64,000 nt of DNA from an uncultured Mucilaginibacter sp. (GCA_964241965.1 CAXTAP010000001.1:264-64263); one strand, 5' to 3'. Positions 39,271 to 49,258 are shown, numbered from the stretch's first letter. Made by a program: numbers and translations. The notes: generated by a model not told the origin, from the sequence alone.

Positions 39271-39324
39271 TCGGCTCAGAAATTAATATTCATTTTGGAA
39301 TTAACTGGGTTACTGTTATTCTAT

Positions 39325-39360
39325 AAAAGCGCATTGTTACCTGTATAACAATGCGCTTTT
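39325..39360 (+). terminator. Intrinsic terminator after lpdA
   Basis: AAAAGCGCATTGTTA-N6-TAACAATGCGCTTTT. Confidence 0.75.
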
Positions 39361-39388
39361 GGCATAATTAATTTGATGCCTTGCCCCA

Positions 39389-40123
39389 ATGAGTGAAACA
39401 GAACAGATGATGGCCTGGCTGCACAGGCTGAATTACCCGGCAGGTATGGGTAAAATTGCAGGCGAAATCAAAGGGCGGGGTTTCTTTCCCGGCTGCAGGG
39501 GCTTATGGCTTGATGATGATGAAACTGTATCTAATAAATCTATAATGATTGTGGGGCATGACTTTGGAGCGAAGGCAGATTTTGAACGCTCGGTTAAGCG
39601 GGGTCACGAAAACTTCGGCAGCCAGTTTTGGCGCAACCTGGAGCAGATGCTGCACTGCTTTGAGATTGATCCGGCCTTATGTTTCTTTACCAACGGCATT
39701 ATGGGTGTAAGGCTGCCTCACAGTACCGGTGAACGGGTAAAAGCAACAGGCGTAAGCCCGGCATACTAATACCCTGCTTTTATTGAAGAATGCAGGCAGT
39801 TGCTGATCGACCAGATCCGATTACAGCGCCCAGGGCTTATTATTGTTTTCGGGCTGCATATATTGAAACTAATTAGTCAGCTGTCGGGCCGGCTTCGTTA
39901 CTTAGCTGCTGTTAAGAATTATAAAATGCTGGACGAGCACACAACGCCACTGTCAGGTATCAGCAATGTTGATATTGATGGTATTCCTGATTTTACCGTC
40001 AGCCTGGCCCTGATTATGCACCCTACCTACTGGCCTGTTACCGTTAAGCACCGTGAGATTTACGGTTTGCGAGGCGCAGCGGCAGAAAAGGAATTAATTA
40101 ACCGGCTGTGGCGCTTGGTTTAG
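39389..40123 (+). pseudogene. Uracil-DNA glycosylase-superfamily-like gene interrupted by an in-frame TAA (39767-39769)
   Basis: The two tracked ORFs are in the same frame; IMIVGHDFG, CFFTN, C-x2-LL-x2-QI-x3-RP-x-LIIVFG and a C-terminal HP motif. Confidence 0.65.
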
Positions 40124-40167
40124 GCACAGTTTTGCTAACTATTCAAAGCTCCCGTTGTTTATAGCGT

Positions 40168-40608
40168 ATGCATTTTTTGTTAAATACATCAATCCTACTG
40201 TTTACAATAGCCGGCATGGAGGGCCTATCCTGGTTTATTCATAAATATTTGTTTCACGGGCCGCTGTGGTTTATTCATAAAACGCACCACCGCCGGCAGC
40301 GCGAAGGCTGGTTTGAACTGAATGATGTTTTCAGCATTGGTTTTGCGGCATTGGCGCTATGGCTGATGTGGCTGGGGCACCATACGCTCGATTACCGTTT
40401 CTGGATAGGTACCGGTATCAGCCTGTACGGCACCATCTACTTTATTTTTCACGATTGGTATATACACAGCCGTATGCGGCCATTCCGCAGTTACAACCGC
40501 TATCTGCTTAACATCCGGCGGGCACACAAAATGCATCATAAATCAACCGAACGAGAGCACGGCGAGGAATTTGGGCTGCTGATAACAAGGAAGCAGTATT
40601 TTAAGTAG
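40168..40608 (+). CDS. crtZ: Beta-carotene hydroxylase
   Basis: HKYLFHGPLW-x2-HKTHH; FELND; HD-x2-IH; AHKMHH histidine boxes. Confidence 0.9.
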   Translation: MHFLLNTSILLFTIAGMEGLSWFIHKYLFHGPLWFIHKTHHRRQREGWFELNDVFSIGFAALALWLMWLGHHTLDYRFWIGTGISLYGTIYFIFHDWYIHSRMRPFRSYNRYLLNIRRAHKMHHKSTEREHGEEFGLLITRKQYFK

Positions 40609-40640
40609 AAATAGCAATATTGACTCCATTCATCTAAATA

Positions 40641-40718
40641 TGTCATGGCGAGGAACGAAGCAATCTCTTCAGATAAATTTATCCTAAGCAGAGGATTGCT
40701 TCGTTCCTCGCCATGACA
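40641..40718. repeat. GTCAT...ATGAC-type palindromic element, copy 4
   Basis: Perfect 25-bp arms TGTCATGGCGAGGAACGAAGCAATC / GATTGCTTCGTTCCTCGCCATGACA. Confidence 0.88.
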
Positions 40719-40775
40719 CACTGTTTGTAAACATTACAGATTAATTCCGAAATTTGCCGTCCAGATTTTATCATC

Positions 40776-41792
40776 ATGCTTCAGATTCAGGAAAATGTTT
40801 CTCTTCAGCACTTCAATACATTTGATATTGATGCCAGCGCCCGCTATTTTATTGAAATCAGCAGGCCGGAGGAACTAACTGAGCTTTTTATGGATCCGCA
40901 ATGGCTGCAAATGGAGCGGCTCATATTGGGCGGCGGCAGTAACATGCTTTTTATCAGCAATTTTGATGGCTTGGTTATCCGCCTTAATATCCGGGGTATA
41001 GAGCACCGCATCAACCATGAGGAGGTGCTGGTAGAAGCCGGTGCCGGCGAAAACTGGAACGAACTGGTAAATTTTTGCGTTGACCATGGCTACGCCGGTA
41101 TGGAAAACCTGGCGCTTATTCCCGGCTCAGCGGGCGCCTCGCCCATACAAAACATCGGCGCGTATGGTGTGGAATTAAAAGATGTGTTTCACAGTTGCCG
41201 GGTCTTTGAAATTGCCACCGGCAAATTTAAAACATTTAACAATGATGACTGCCGTTTCGGTTACCGCGACAGTGTATTCAAACAGTTAAAGGGGCAATAC
41301 ATTATCACTTCGGTAAAATTTCAGCTATCGCTCACGCCAAACCTGAAACTGCATTACGGCGCTATAGCGCAGGAGTTGGCTGTCAGAAACATCATTGCGC
41401 CAACCATTAAGGATGTAGCGCAGGTGGTGGCACATATCCGGGTGGCCAAGCTGCCCGATCCGTCCACCATCGGCAATGCCGGAAGTTTTTTTAAAAACCC
41501 GGTGATACCGGCTACACAGTTAGATGCGCTGCAAGCCCGATACGCTCAAATTGCGCATTACCCGGCAGGAGATGGCTATGTAAAATTAGCAGCCGGCTGG
41601 CTGATTGAGCAATGCGGCTGGAAAGGTAAAACCATAGGTCACACCGGCACTTGGAAAAATCAGGCGCTGGTACTGGTCAACCACGGCGGTGCCACAGGGC
41701 AGGAAGTGTATGCGCTGTCGTCGCAAATCATAGACAGTGTGTACACTAAATTTGGCGTTACGCTGGAGCGTGAGGTAAATTTAATTGGTTAA
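40776..41792 (+). CDS. murB: UDP-N-acetylenolpyruvoylglucosamine reductase
   Basis: LGGGSN, IPGSAGASPIQNIGAYG, GNAGSFFKNP, LEREV. Confidence 0.96.
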   Translation: MLQIQENVSLQHFNTFDIDASARYFIEISRPEELTELFMDPQWLQMERLILGGGSNMLFISNFDGLVIRLNIRGIEHRINHEEVLVEAGAGENWNELVNFCVDHGYAGMENLALIPGSAGASPIQNIGAYGVELKDVFHSCRVFEIATGKFKTFNNDDCRFGYRDSVFKQLKGQYIITSVKFQLSLTPNLKLHYGAIAQELAVRNIIAPTIKDVAQVVAHIRVAKLPDPSTIGNAGSFFKNPVIPATQLDALQARYAQIAHYPAGDGYVKLAAGWLIEQCGWKGKTIGHTGTWKNQALVLVNHGGATGQEVYALSSQIIDSVYTKFGVTLEREVNLIG

Positions 41793-42079
41793 GCGCCGCT
41801 GCTGCCGGCAAATGTTTACTAAAACATTCACTGGTCAGGATTACAAATTTTTAAAATTGTTTTAATTAAATATTTGTCCACACTGCAAACATTATTTACC
41901 CTGCGTTACTAAATGGCTGTTTTTAAACTGTTTAATGTAATGGTACAGGTGTTACCGAATTGCTGGTTGGGGTATAATCTACTCATTTTATAGATAATTA
42001 TAACCAACTGAGTAAGGCAGCGGCACAAAGCGGTATCATGTTTGTCATTATTCTATTACAAAACTTTAACTGAAATAGA

Positions 42080-42619
42080 ATGACAAAGATTGAGTTTAAC
42101 ACCATGGTATTGCGTCAGGCAAGTTCATTACGCTCTTATGCCCTGCATTTTACACATGACGCAGACGATGCCAACGACCTTGTTCAAGACACTATGTTGA
42201 AGGCCATAACTTATTACAATAAGTTTAAGGAAGGAACGAACCTGAAAGGATGGTTATATACCATCATGAAAAATACATTCATCAACAACTACCGCCGGTT
42301 TGTGAAGATGAGCACCTTTGTAACCAAGTCGGAAGAAATATCCTCCGCCAACCTGGTTTTCAGCTCAACAAAAAATCATGGTGAATCAAAGTTCATTATG
42401 GATGATATCCGCCGTGCTTTAGACAGGTTGCCTGAGGATTACTACGTGCCTTTTACTATGTACTTTGAAGGCCACAAATACCATGAGATTGCAGACCACC
42501 TGACTATCCCGATCGGTACAGTAAAAACCCGTATCCACGTAGCCCGCAAATTGCTGAAGAAGAATTTAAAGGCTTATGACAACGGTGTTAAAAAGCCAAT
42601 TTTTGCGGAAGAAGAATAA
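42080..42619 (+). CDS. ECF RNA polymerase sigma factor
   Basis: DANDLVQDT; WLYTIMKN region 2; YHEIADHL-x-IPIGTVKTRI region 4; no adjacent anti-sigma gene. Confidence 0.93.
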   Translation: MTKIEFNTMVLRQASSLRSYALHFTHDADDANDLVQDTMLKAITYYNKFKEGTNLKGWLYTIMKNTFINNYRRFVKMSTFVTKSEEISSANLVFSSTKNHGESKFIMDDIRRALDRLPEDYYVPFTMYFEGHKYHEIADHLTIPIGTVKTRIHVARKLLKKNLKAYDNGVKKPIFAEEE

Positions 42620-42650
42620 TTGAACATATAATAAACTCAACATATATTAC

Positions 42651-42681
42651 AAAAGGCCTGCTTACTAAGCAGGCCTTTTTT
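42651..42681 (+). terminator. Intrinsic terminator after the sigma gene (likely bidirectional)
   Basis: AAAAGGCCTGCTT-N3-AAGCAGGCCTTTTTT. Confidence 0.85.
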
Positions 42682-42694
42682 GTATAGTTAAATT

Positions 42695-42803
42695 CAAGAA
42701 ATAAGAAGTAAGAGACAAGAAATAAGCTATGTATGGTGTCAGAGTAATTTACGTCTTTGCTCTCGCTTCTTATCTCTTACTTCTTGTTTCTCATCTCTTA
42801 CTT
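42695..42803. repeat. Inverted array of degenerate 7-nt repeats (YAAGARR)n / (CTYRYYT)n
   Basis: CAAGAAA TAAGAAG TAAGAGA CAAGAAA ... CTTATCT CTTACTT CTTGTTT CTCATCT CTTACTT. Confidence 0.7.
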
Positions 42804-44285
42804 CTGCTCCCCCATCATCTTCAATGCTTCCTGAGCGGCAATTTGCCCCGAAATAAGCGCGGGCGGTACGCCGGGACCCGGTACCGTGAGCTGGCCGGTG
42901 TAAAGCATGTTTTTAATTTTCCTGGCCCGCATGGCTGGTTTAAAAAAGGCAGTTTGGGCAAGCGTGTTAGCCAGGCCATAGGCATTGCCTTTGTAGGAGT
43001 GATAATCGGCCTTAAAGTCGTTCATGGCATAGCTGCGCTTCAAAACGATATGATTGCGAATGCTTTCGCCGGTAATTAATTCAAACCGGTCAACAATCAT
43101 GTCAAAATATTTTTCGCGCTGCTGGTCGCTGTCCTCCAGTCCCGGTGCCAGCGGAATCAGGAAGAATAAATTCTCACAGCCTTCGGGCGCAGCATGGACA
43201 TCAGTTTTAGAGGTACAGCACACATAGAACAACGGTTTAGACGGCCATTGCGGGCTGGTATAAATTTCCCTGGCATGCAGATCGAAATCTTCATCAAAAA
43301 ACAAATTATGATGCTTAATGCCGGGCAGTTTTTTATCAACCCCCACATAAAACAGCAGGCTCGACGGCGACATGGTGCGGCTGTTCCAGTATTTTTCTGT
43401 ATAGTTCCGGTGTGCAGTATCAGTCAGCTCCTGATCTACATGTTCGTAATCCGCCCCGGCAATAATAAAGTCAGCCTCGAAACTGCCCTGTGTTGTGTTC
43501 ACCGTAGTTGCAGTGTTACCAGCAGTGTTGATGGCAGTTACCTCTGTATTCAGCCTGATGTCAACCTGATATTGTTCGGCCAGTTTTACCATAGCCTGTA
43601 CAATCTCATTCATGCCGCCGTCAGGGTACCAGGTACCCAGTACCAGATCGGCATAATTCATCATGCTGTACATGGCAGGGGTGTTTTGCGGGGTAGCGCC
43701 TAAAAACAGTACCGGAAATTCCAGCAATTTAATCAGCTTCGGGTTGCTGAAATATTTGCGTACATGCCTGCTCATGCTGGTGAGCAGTTGTATGCCGAAG
43801 CTTTTAATGAGCAGGTTTAAATCAATAAACTCTGTAACAGAATGCGATGGGCGCTGCACATACTCGCCCATGCCTACGCGATATTTGTATTCGGCCTGGC
43901 TCAGAAAATTCTGCAGCTGCCGGCTGCTGCCGGGCTCTATACGGTCAAACATGGCTTCCAGCTGCTGAATACCGGCGGGTACATCCAGCATATCGTTCCT
44001 GCCGTAATAAATGCGGTAACCAGGGTCTAACCTTTTGAGGTGATAGAAATCCGAAGGCTTTTTATTGAACAGAGCAAAATAGTTTTCAAATACATCGGGC
44101 ATCCAGTACCAGCTGGGCCCCATATCGAATTTAAAGCCGTTTTTTTCCCATATACGTGCACGGCCGCCGGGCTGATCATTTTTTTCCAGCAGGGTAACCC
44201 GGCAGCCTGCCTTTGCCAGCAAGGTAGCCGCTGCCATGCCGGCAAACCCGGCACCGATAACAATAACTGATTTTGATTTATTCAT
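42798..44285 (-). CDS. crtI: Phytoene desaturase
   Basis: IGAGFAG, FDMGPSWYWMP, GNAYGLA, GQLTVPGPGVPP. Confidence 0.93.
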   Translation of the reverse strand: MNKSKSVIVIGAGFAGMAAATLLAKAGCRVTLLEKNDQPGGRARIWEKNGFKFDMGPSWYWMPDVFENYFALFNKKPSDFYHLKRLDPGYRIYYGRNDMLDVPAGIQQLEAMFDRIEPGSSRQLQNFLSQAEYKYRVGMGEYVQRPSHSVTEFIDLNLLIKSFGIQLLTSMSRHVRKYFSNPKLIKLLEFPVLFLGATPQNTPAMYSMMNYADLVLGTWYPDGGMNEIVQAMVKLAEQYQVDIRLNTEVTAINTAGNTATTVNTTQGSFEADFIIAGADYEHVDQELTDTAHRNYTEKYWNSRTMSPSSLLFYVGVDKKLPGIKHHNLFFDEDFDLHAREIYTSPQWPSKPLFYVCCTSKTDVHAAPEGCENLFFLIPLAPGLEDSDQQREKYFDMIVDRFELITGESIRNHIVLKRSYAMNDFKADYHSYKGNAYGLANTLAQTAFFKPAMRARKIKNMLYTGQLTVPGPGVPPALISGQIAAQEALKMMGEQK

Positions 44286-44389
44286 GTGCGGTAGCCCTGT
44301 AACAAAGCCAAAGTAACTAAAATGTTTCGGGCTGCCCTAAACAATTACCGGCTTATGCTGTACATTTGGTAAAGCCACTAATACTACTT

Positions 44390-45223
44390 ATGAATCTGTA
44401 CGATGAAACATGCTTTGAGTGCAGTAAACTCATTACCACCAAATACAGCACTTCTTTCAGCATTGGCATCAGGGCATTCAATAAACGGTTTCATTATCCG
44501 GTTTATGCCATTTACGGCTTTGTACGGTATGCCGATGAAATAGTGGATACCTTTCATGGTTATGATAAGCGGCAGCTCATCAGCAGTTTCAGGCATGAAA
44601 CATTTGTTGCCCTGCGGCAAGGCATCAGTTTAAATCCCGTACTGCAATCTTTCCAGCAGGTAGTTAATTACTATGGTATTGAGGATGAGCTGATAGATGC
44701 CTTTTTAGTATCTATGGAAATGGACCTCGAAAATAAGGCCTATACGGAAGACGGATATAAGAGCTATATTTATGGTTCTGCCGAAGTTATCGGCCTGATG
44801 TGCCTGCGGGTTTTTTGCGAAAACGATAATACGCAGTACCAACTGCTAAAGCCCAAGGCCCGCAGTTTGGGTTCGGCTTTTCAAAAAATCAATTTTCTGC
44901 GCGATGTAAAGGCTGATTTTGAAGAGCGCGGCCGCACCTATTTTCCGCATGTGGATTTCAATAATTTTACCGATGAGGAAAAAGGCATGATTGAAACCGA
45001 CATCCAAAAGGATTTTGATGAAGGCTTTGAAGGAATAAAGCAGTTGCCCGGCGGTACAAGGCTGGGAGTCTATATTGCCTACATTTATTACCTGCAATTA
45101 TTTAAAAAGATTACCGGAACCCCTGCCAGTATTATTCTACAAAAGCGCATCCGTGTGTCTGATACGCACAAAATGGCCTTGTACCTCAAAGCAATTTTGC
45201 AGCAGAAACTAAGGCTTATTTAA
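44390..45223 (+). CDS. crtB: Phytoene synthase
   Basis: YSTSFS, RYADEIVD, SMEMD, YIYGSAEVIGLM, NFLRD. Confidence 0.94.
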   Translation: MNLYDETCFECSKLITTKYSTSFSIGIRAFNKRFHYPVYAIYGFVRYADEIVDTFHGYDKRQLISSFRHETFVALRQGISLNPVLQSFQQVVNYYGIEDELIDAFLVSMEMDLENKAYTEDGYKSYIYGSAEVIGLMCLRVFCENDNTQYQLLKPKARSLGSAFQKINFLRDVKADFEERGRTYFPHVDFNNFTDEEKGMIETDIQKDFDEGFEGIKQLPGGTRLGVYIAYIYYLQLFKKITGTPASIILQKRIRVSDTHKMALYLKAILQQKLRLI

Positions 45224-45762
45224 TGAAAGCCGGTGTTATGACGCCTGTTGCCTGGCTGTGCAGCATACTGCTTATAGCTGCAGGGGGTTACGCGCAAACC
45301 AGCAATCCGGTTCGCAGGCAATTGATACAGGCGCTGGATGACAAGGCGCTTACCGACTCGCTGTATAACACCTTTGCAGCAATGAAGAACAGGTCAGCCA
45401 CCTTTACCGGTTACCTGGCTGCGGCAGAGGCGCTGAAAGCAAAGCACTCCTGGAACCCTTATTATAAAATTAAATATATTAACCAAGCTGAGGATAACCT
45501 GCGGCAAGCCATCATTCAGGAGCCGCACAATATAGAAATACGTTTTATCAGGTTCTCGATAGAGCACAATGTACCCGGATTTTTAGGATACAATAAAAAC
45601 TTGGATGATGACCGGCAGGAAATGATTAAACTGATTGATACCCGGCGCTATGCTGCGGACAAAGATTTGGAGGTGACCATAATCAAATTTTTATTAGATT
45701 CAGACCGGTGTACGCCTGCTGAAAGCGCCGGCCTGCGTAAACATTTAGCTGCCATTAAGTGA
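45223..45762 (+). CDS. Exported hypothetical protein of Bacteroidetes carotenoid clusters (TPR-like)
   Basis: Signal peptide; NIEIRFIRFSIE-x-NVP-x-FLGY; translationally coupled to crtB. Confidence 0.65.
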   Translation: MKAGVMTPVAWLCSILLIAAGGYAQTSNPVRRQLIQALDDKALTDSLYNTFAAMKNRSATFTGYLAAAEALKAKHSWNPYYKIKYINQAEDNLRQAIIQEPHNIEIRFIRFSIEHNVPGFLGYNKNLDDDRQEMIKLIDTRRYAADKDLEVTIIKFLLDSDRCTPAESAGLRKHLAAIK

Positions 45763-46436
45763 AGAACGCATACCTGCTGATTAATTTTTTTACCGTATTG
45801 TTTCCGGTACTGCTATCATTTGATAGGCGTGTGCAGTTTTATAAAAGCTGGAAATACATTGCGCCCGGCATGCTGATTACCGGGCTGATATTTTTGTTTT
45901 GGGATGTGCTGTTTGTACAGAAGGGCATATGGTCATTCAACCCTGATTATGTTACCGGCATCAATGTTTTTCAGCTGCCTGTAGAGGAAGTGCTGTTTTT
46001 TATAACAGTGCCTTTTGCCTGCCTGTTTATTTATGCCTGCCTGAATTACTATGTGGAGCGGAGCATCCCGGCAGTAACTGCGAAATTCATATCGGCGCTG
46101 CTGGCGGGGCTAAGCGTTATGCTGCTGATATTTTACCATGCTCGCTTATATACTGCTATTACTTTTGGTTTACTGCTGGCAGTAATTATAGTGTTGCAGT
46201 TTATAATAAAAGCTTCCTGGCTGGGGCGTTTTTATGTGGCCTATGCTGTATCGCTCATTCCGTTTTATATTGTGAATGGAATACTGACTGCTATCCCCAT
46301 TGTATTATATAACAACCAGGAGAATATGGCGCTGCGAATAGGCACAATACCGTTTGAAGATCATTTTTACTCGCTGGCCCTGCTGCTGCTGAATGCCGGT
46401 TTCTTTGAATATTTTAAGCGGCGATGGAACCGGTGA
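45759..46436 (+). CDS. Membrane lycopene cyclase domain protein (fused CrtYc/Yd type)
   Basis: Two repeats: WD...W-x-FN...LPVEE and YN...IPFED. Confidence 0.88.
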   Translation: MKNAYLLINFFTVLFPVLLSFDRRVQFYKSWKYIAPGMLITGLIFLFWDVLFVQKGIWSFNPDYVTGINVFQLPVEEVLFFITVPFACLFIYACLNYYVERSIPAVTAKFISALLAGLSVMLLIFYHARLYTAITFGLLLAVIIVLQFIIKASWLGRFYVAYAVSLIPFYIVNGILTAIPIVLYNNQENMALRIGTIPFEDHFYSLALLLLNAGFFEYFKRRWNR

Positions 46437-46672
46437 ATACGCTGCCTTTATATACCCGCTCACAATTAGCCCTGCGCAACGGGCAGGACAAACCACAAAT
46501 ATGGATAGCCTTTGAAACGGTAATTTATGATGTTACGGAAAGCCGCCTGTGGCTCAATGGTAAACATTATGAACACTGGGCCGGCCAAGACTTAATGCCG
46601 GAACTGGCCGGGGCGCCGCATACTGCCATAGTGTTTAAACGGTTTAAGGCCATAGGCAGGTTAGCGGATTAA
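46424..46672 (+). CDS. Cytochrome b5-like heme/steroid-binding domain protein
   Basis: WIA...IYDVT...HYEHWAGQDL...APH; overlaps the cyclase gene. Confidence 0.85.
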   Translation: MEPVNTLPLYTRSQLALRNGQDKPQIWIAFETVIYDVTESRLWLNGKHYEHWAGQDLMPELAGAPHTAIVFKRFKAIGRLAD

Positions 46673-46676
46673 ACCC

Positions 46677-46730
46677 TGCCGGCAAGGCCGCTATTCTGAG
46701 CAATAACGAAAAATGATGGCCTTGCCGGCA
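46677..46730. terminator. Inverted repeat between convergent genes, possible terminator
   Basis: TGCCGGCAAGGCC ... GGCCTTGCCGGCA; long loop, no clear U-tail. Confidence 0.4.
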
Positions 46731-46738
46731 AACGGGTA

Positions 46739-47653
46739 TTACAGGGTAAAGCTGGCTAATTCCTCAAACTGCTGAAGGCGGGCTGTTATTTCCTCCATGG
46801 TTAAATATTGCAGTTTTTCGGTTCCGAATTTTTCAACGCAAAAGGAGGCCAGGGCAGAACCATAAATGATTGCCGTTTTCATGGTGTTAAAATCAACGGT
46901 GCCTGCCTTGGCCAGGTAACCAATAAAGCCGCCGGCAAAGGTATCACCGGCACCGGTTGGGTCAAACACTTCAGCCAGCGGAAGGGCCGGGGCAGCAAAT
47001 ATTTTATCTTCGTGAAACAGCAGTGCGCCGTGTTCGCCCTTTTTTATAATGAGATACTTGGGGCCCATAGTTAATATTTTTTTTGCGCCCTTTACCAGGG
47101 AATGTTCGCCCGATAACTGCCTGGCTTCGGCATCATTAATGGTAAGCACATCAACCAGTTTAATAGTTTCCAGCAAATCGGGCAAGGCAATATCCATCCA
47201 GAAATTCATGGTATCCATTACGATGAGTTGGGGGCGTTTATGCAGGCGTTTAATTACCGTTTGCTGCACCTGCGGCGTTAAATTACCCAGCATCAGGTAC
47301 TCGCAATCCTGATAGGTTTCGGGTATAACCGGGTCAAAATCAGCCAGCACATTCAATTCGGTAATTAGTGTATCGCGGCTGTTCATATCATCATGATAGC
47401 GGCCACTCCAGAAGAATGATTTTTCTCCCTGTTTTATCTGTAAACCCTCAATATCTATGTGATGCGCTGTAAATACGTTGATATCCTGCTGCGGAAAGTC
47501 ACCGCCCACCACGGCAACAATTTTTACCCTGTTTGTAAGATATGAAGCAGCCAGGCTGGCAAATGTAGCCGCGCCGCCAACAATTTTATCCGTTTTGCCA
47601 AACGGCGTTTCAATGGCATCAAACGCCACCGTACCAATAACTACCAGACTCAT
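46739..47653 (-). CDS. PfkB family carbohydrate/nucleoside kinase
   Basis: GGAAT; NDAEA; KKGEHG; DPTGAGDTFAGG. Confidence 0.92.
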   Translation of the reverse strand: MSLVVIGTVAFDAIETPFGKTDKIVGGAATFASLAASYLTNRVKIVAVVGGDFPQQDINVFTAHHIDIEGLQIKQGEKSFFWSGRYHDDMNSRDTLITELNVLADFDPVIPETYQDCEYLMLGNLTPQVQQTVIKRLHKRPQLIVMDTMNFWMDIALPDLLETIKLVDVLTINDAEARQLSGEHSLVKGAKKILTMGPKYLIIKKGEHGALLFHEDKIFAAPALPLAEVFDPTGAGDTFAGGFIGYLAKAGTVDFNTMKTAIIYGSALASFCVEKFGTEKLQYLTMEEITARLQQFEELASFTL

Positions 47654-47738
47654 TATAAAATATTAAAAATTTTTTGAGCAAATATTGCGAAATTACCTCA
47701 GAAATTCTACTTTTGCCTCACTCTAACCCAAAAAACAC

Positions 47739-47812
47739 TCCTGAGTAGCTCAGCCGGTTAGAGCATCTGACTGTTAATCAGAGGGTCGCTGGTTCGAGCC
47801 CAGCCTCAGGAG
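47739..47812 (+). tRNA. tRNA-Asn (GTT)
   Basis: Acceptor stem TCCTGAG/CTCAGGA; anticodon arm TCTGA-CTGTTAA-TCAGA; T-loop GGTTCGAGCC; TACTTTTG promoter box at 47708-47715. Confidence 0.97.
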
Positions 47813-47830
47813 CCTTAAAATCAATTATTT

Positions 47831-47861
47831 AACCCCACTCGCCAGAGTGGGGTTTTTTGTT
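47831..47861 (+). terminator. Intrinsic terminator after tRNA-Asn
   Basis: AACCCCACTC-GCCA-GAGTGGGGTTTTTT. Confidence 0.85.
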
Positions 47862-48009
47862 CTCACACATTTCTCACACAATTTTGGAGTTTTCGAAAAG
47901 CAAGTCAATTTTTCTATAGGTATTGTTTTACCTTTTTTTATCCCGATATTCTAATATTAGTTCCGGCACCAACGTTTCGAAAAAGTAATCTTAGGAACTT
48001 TTGTTATTA

Positions 48010-48840
48010 GAAGCTATCTCATAAATGAAAGAATGATTTGAGCAGGATCATGGTGCAGGCCAGTAGTACAAAAGCCTTGAAGTTTTCATCGTGATACTCG
48101 TACCTGACCACCGTTCTGCGATAGTTAAACAGCCAGGCAAAGAAGCGCTCCACTTTCCAGCGGCGCCTGTAACGCCTGAGCTTTCTGCCATCCTGCGTTT
48201 TCTTCTTTTCACGGTTAGCCCGGTGCGGGGCAATCAGTTCGATACCTTGGTCTTTCAACTTTTCATCCAGCGGGTCCGAGTCGTAAGCCTTGTCACCAAG
48301 GAGGCGCTCAGGATGCGGGATGATGAAGCGGTCAAGTAAAGTTTGCTCCACCAGCGTTACCTCATGCGGGGAAGCAGGGTGGACTGAGACAGATAGTACA
48401 GCACCACCAGCATCTGTGATTGCCATGATCTTGGTGCCTTTGCCCCCGCTTAGTTTTGCCCACAAGTAAGCCCCCATTTTTGCCATACAGAACGTTCTGT
48501 CTATATAGCATTCACTCAAATCCACGCCTCCAAGCTCATACAAGTCAGCGGCTAAGGCTTCAATGATGGCATTGAACACGCCTGATTTAATCCAGCCCTG
48601 AAACCTGCGGTGGCAGGTCTGGTAAGGCGGATAGCGCTCCGGCAGGTCCTTTCAGGGTGCGCCTGTCCGCAATACCCAGAGTACACCTTCCAGCACCTGC
48701 CGCTTGTCCCGCCACGGCCTGCCCTTGCCGTCTGCCCGCCTTGTACCCTCCGGTACCAGGCCTTTGATCTTCTCCCACTGCTTGTCGCTTAACTCGCTCA
48801 CATCGCAAAGTTACTCATTTGCCATTTATGAGATAAGTTC
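48010..48840 (-). mobile_element. IS5 family (IS427-like) element, defective
   Basis: Terminal inverted repeats GAAGCTATCTCATAAATG / CATTTATGAGATAAGTTC, TA on both flanks; transposase MSELSDKQW...RTGAP*KDLP with GDKAYDS and RWKVER motifs; TGA at 48652-48654. Confidence 0.9.
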
Positions 48841-49258
48841 TAACAAGTCTCACTACAGAATTGAAGTACGCAAAAAAAGATGAAGATTAGAGCTAATAAG
48901 CCTGTACTACAACTTCCGACTGCTACTATGATAAATTTTATAGGGAGCCACCCCATGCTAAAGAAAAAAATTCGTTTTAATAATGATAGTTTGAGAATTT
49001 CACTTGATACAAAAGTTTCACAGAGCTATTCTTGAAGTTATTAAATGACGATTTTCTTAAATCAGAACTAACTAATTTATTATACGACAGCCAAAACAAA
49101 GATACTGTCGTAGTGGAAGACACCGAAGCATAGTAGTATTTTTAAGTGTTGATTTATTGCACTATCTAAAGGAGTAAGTTATTACGAAGTACAAAAGTAA
49201 CGATATACGAGTTGGGACAAAGTGAGCTTTTTATTAAAATAAACTTAATTGCTTAAAT

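Noticed and set aside
48843-49258. AT-rich stretch between the two IS elements as a gene
   Set aside because: It looks like a coding remnant but has stops throughout and no identifiable motif.
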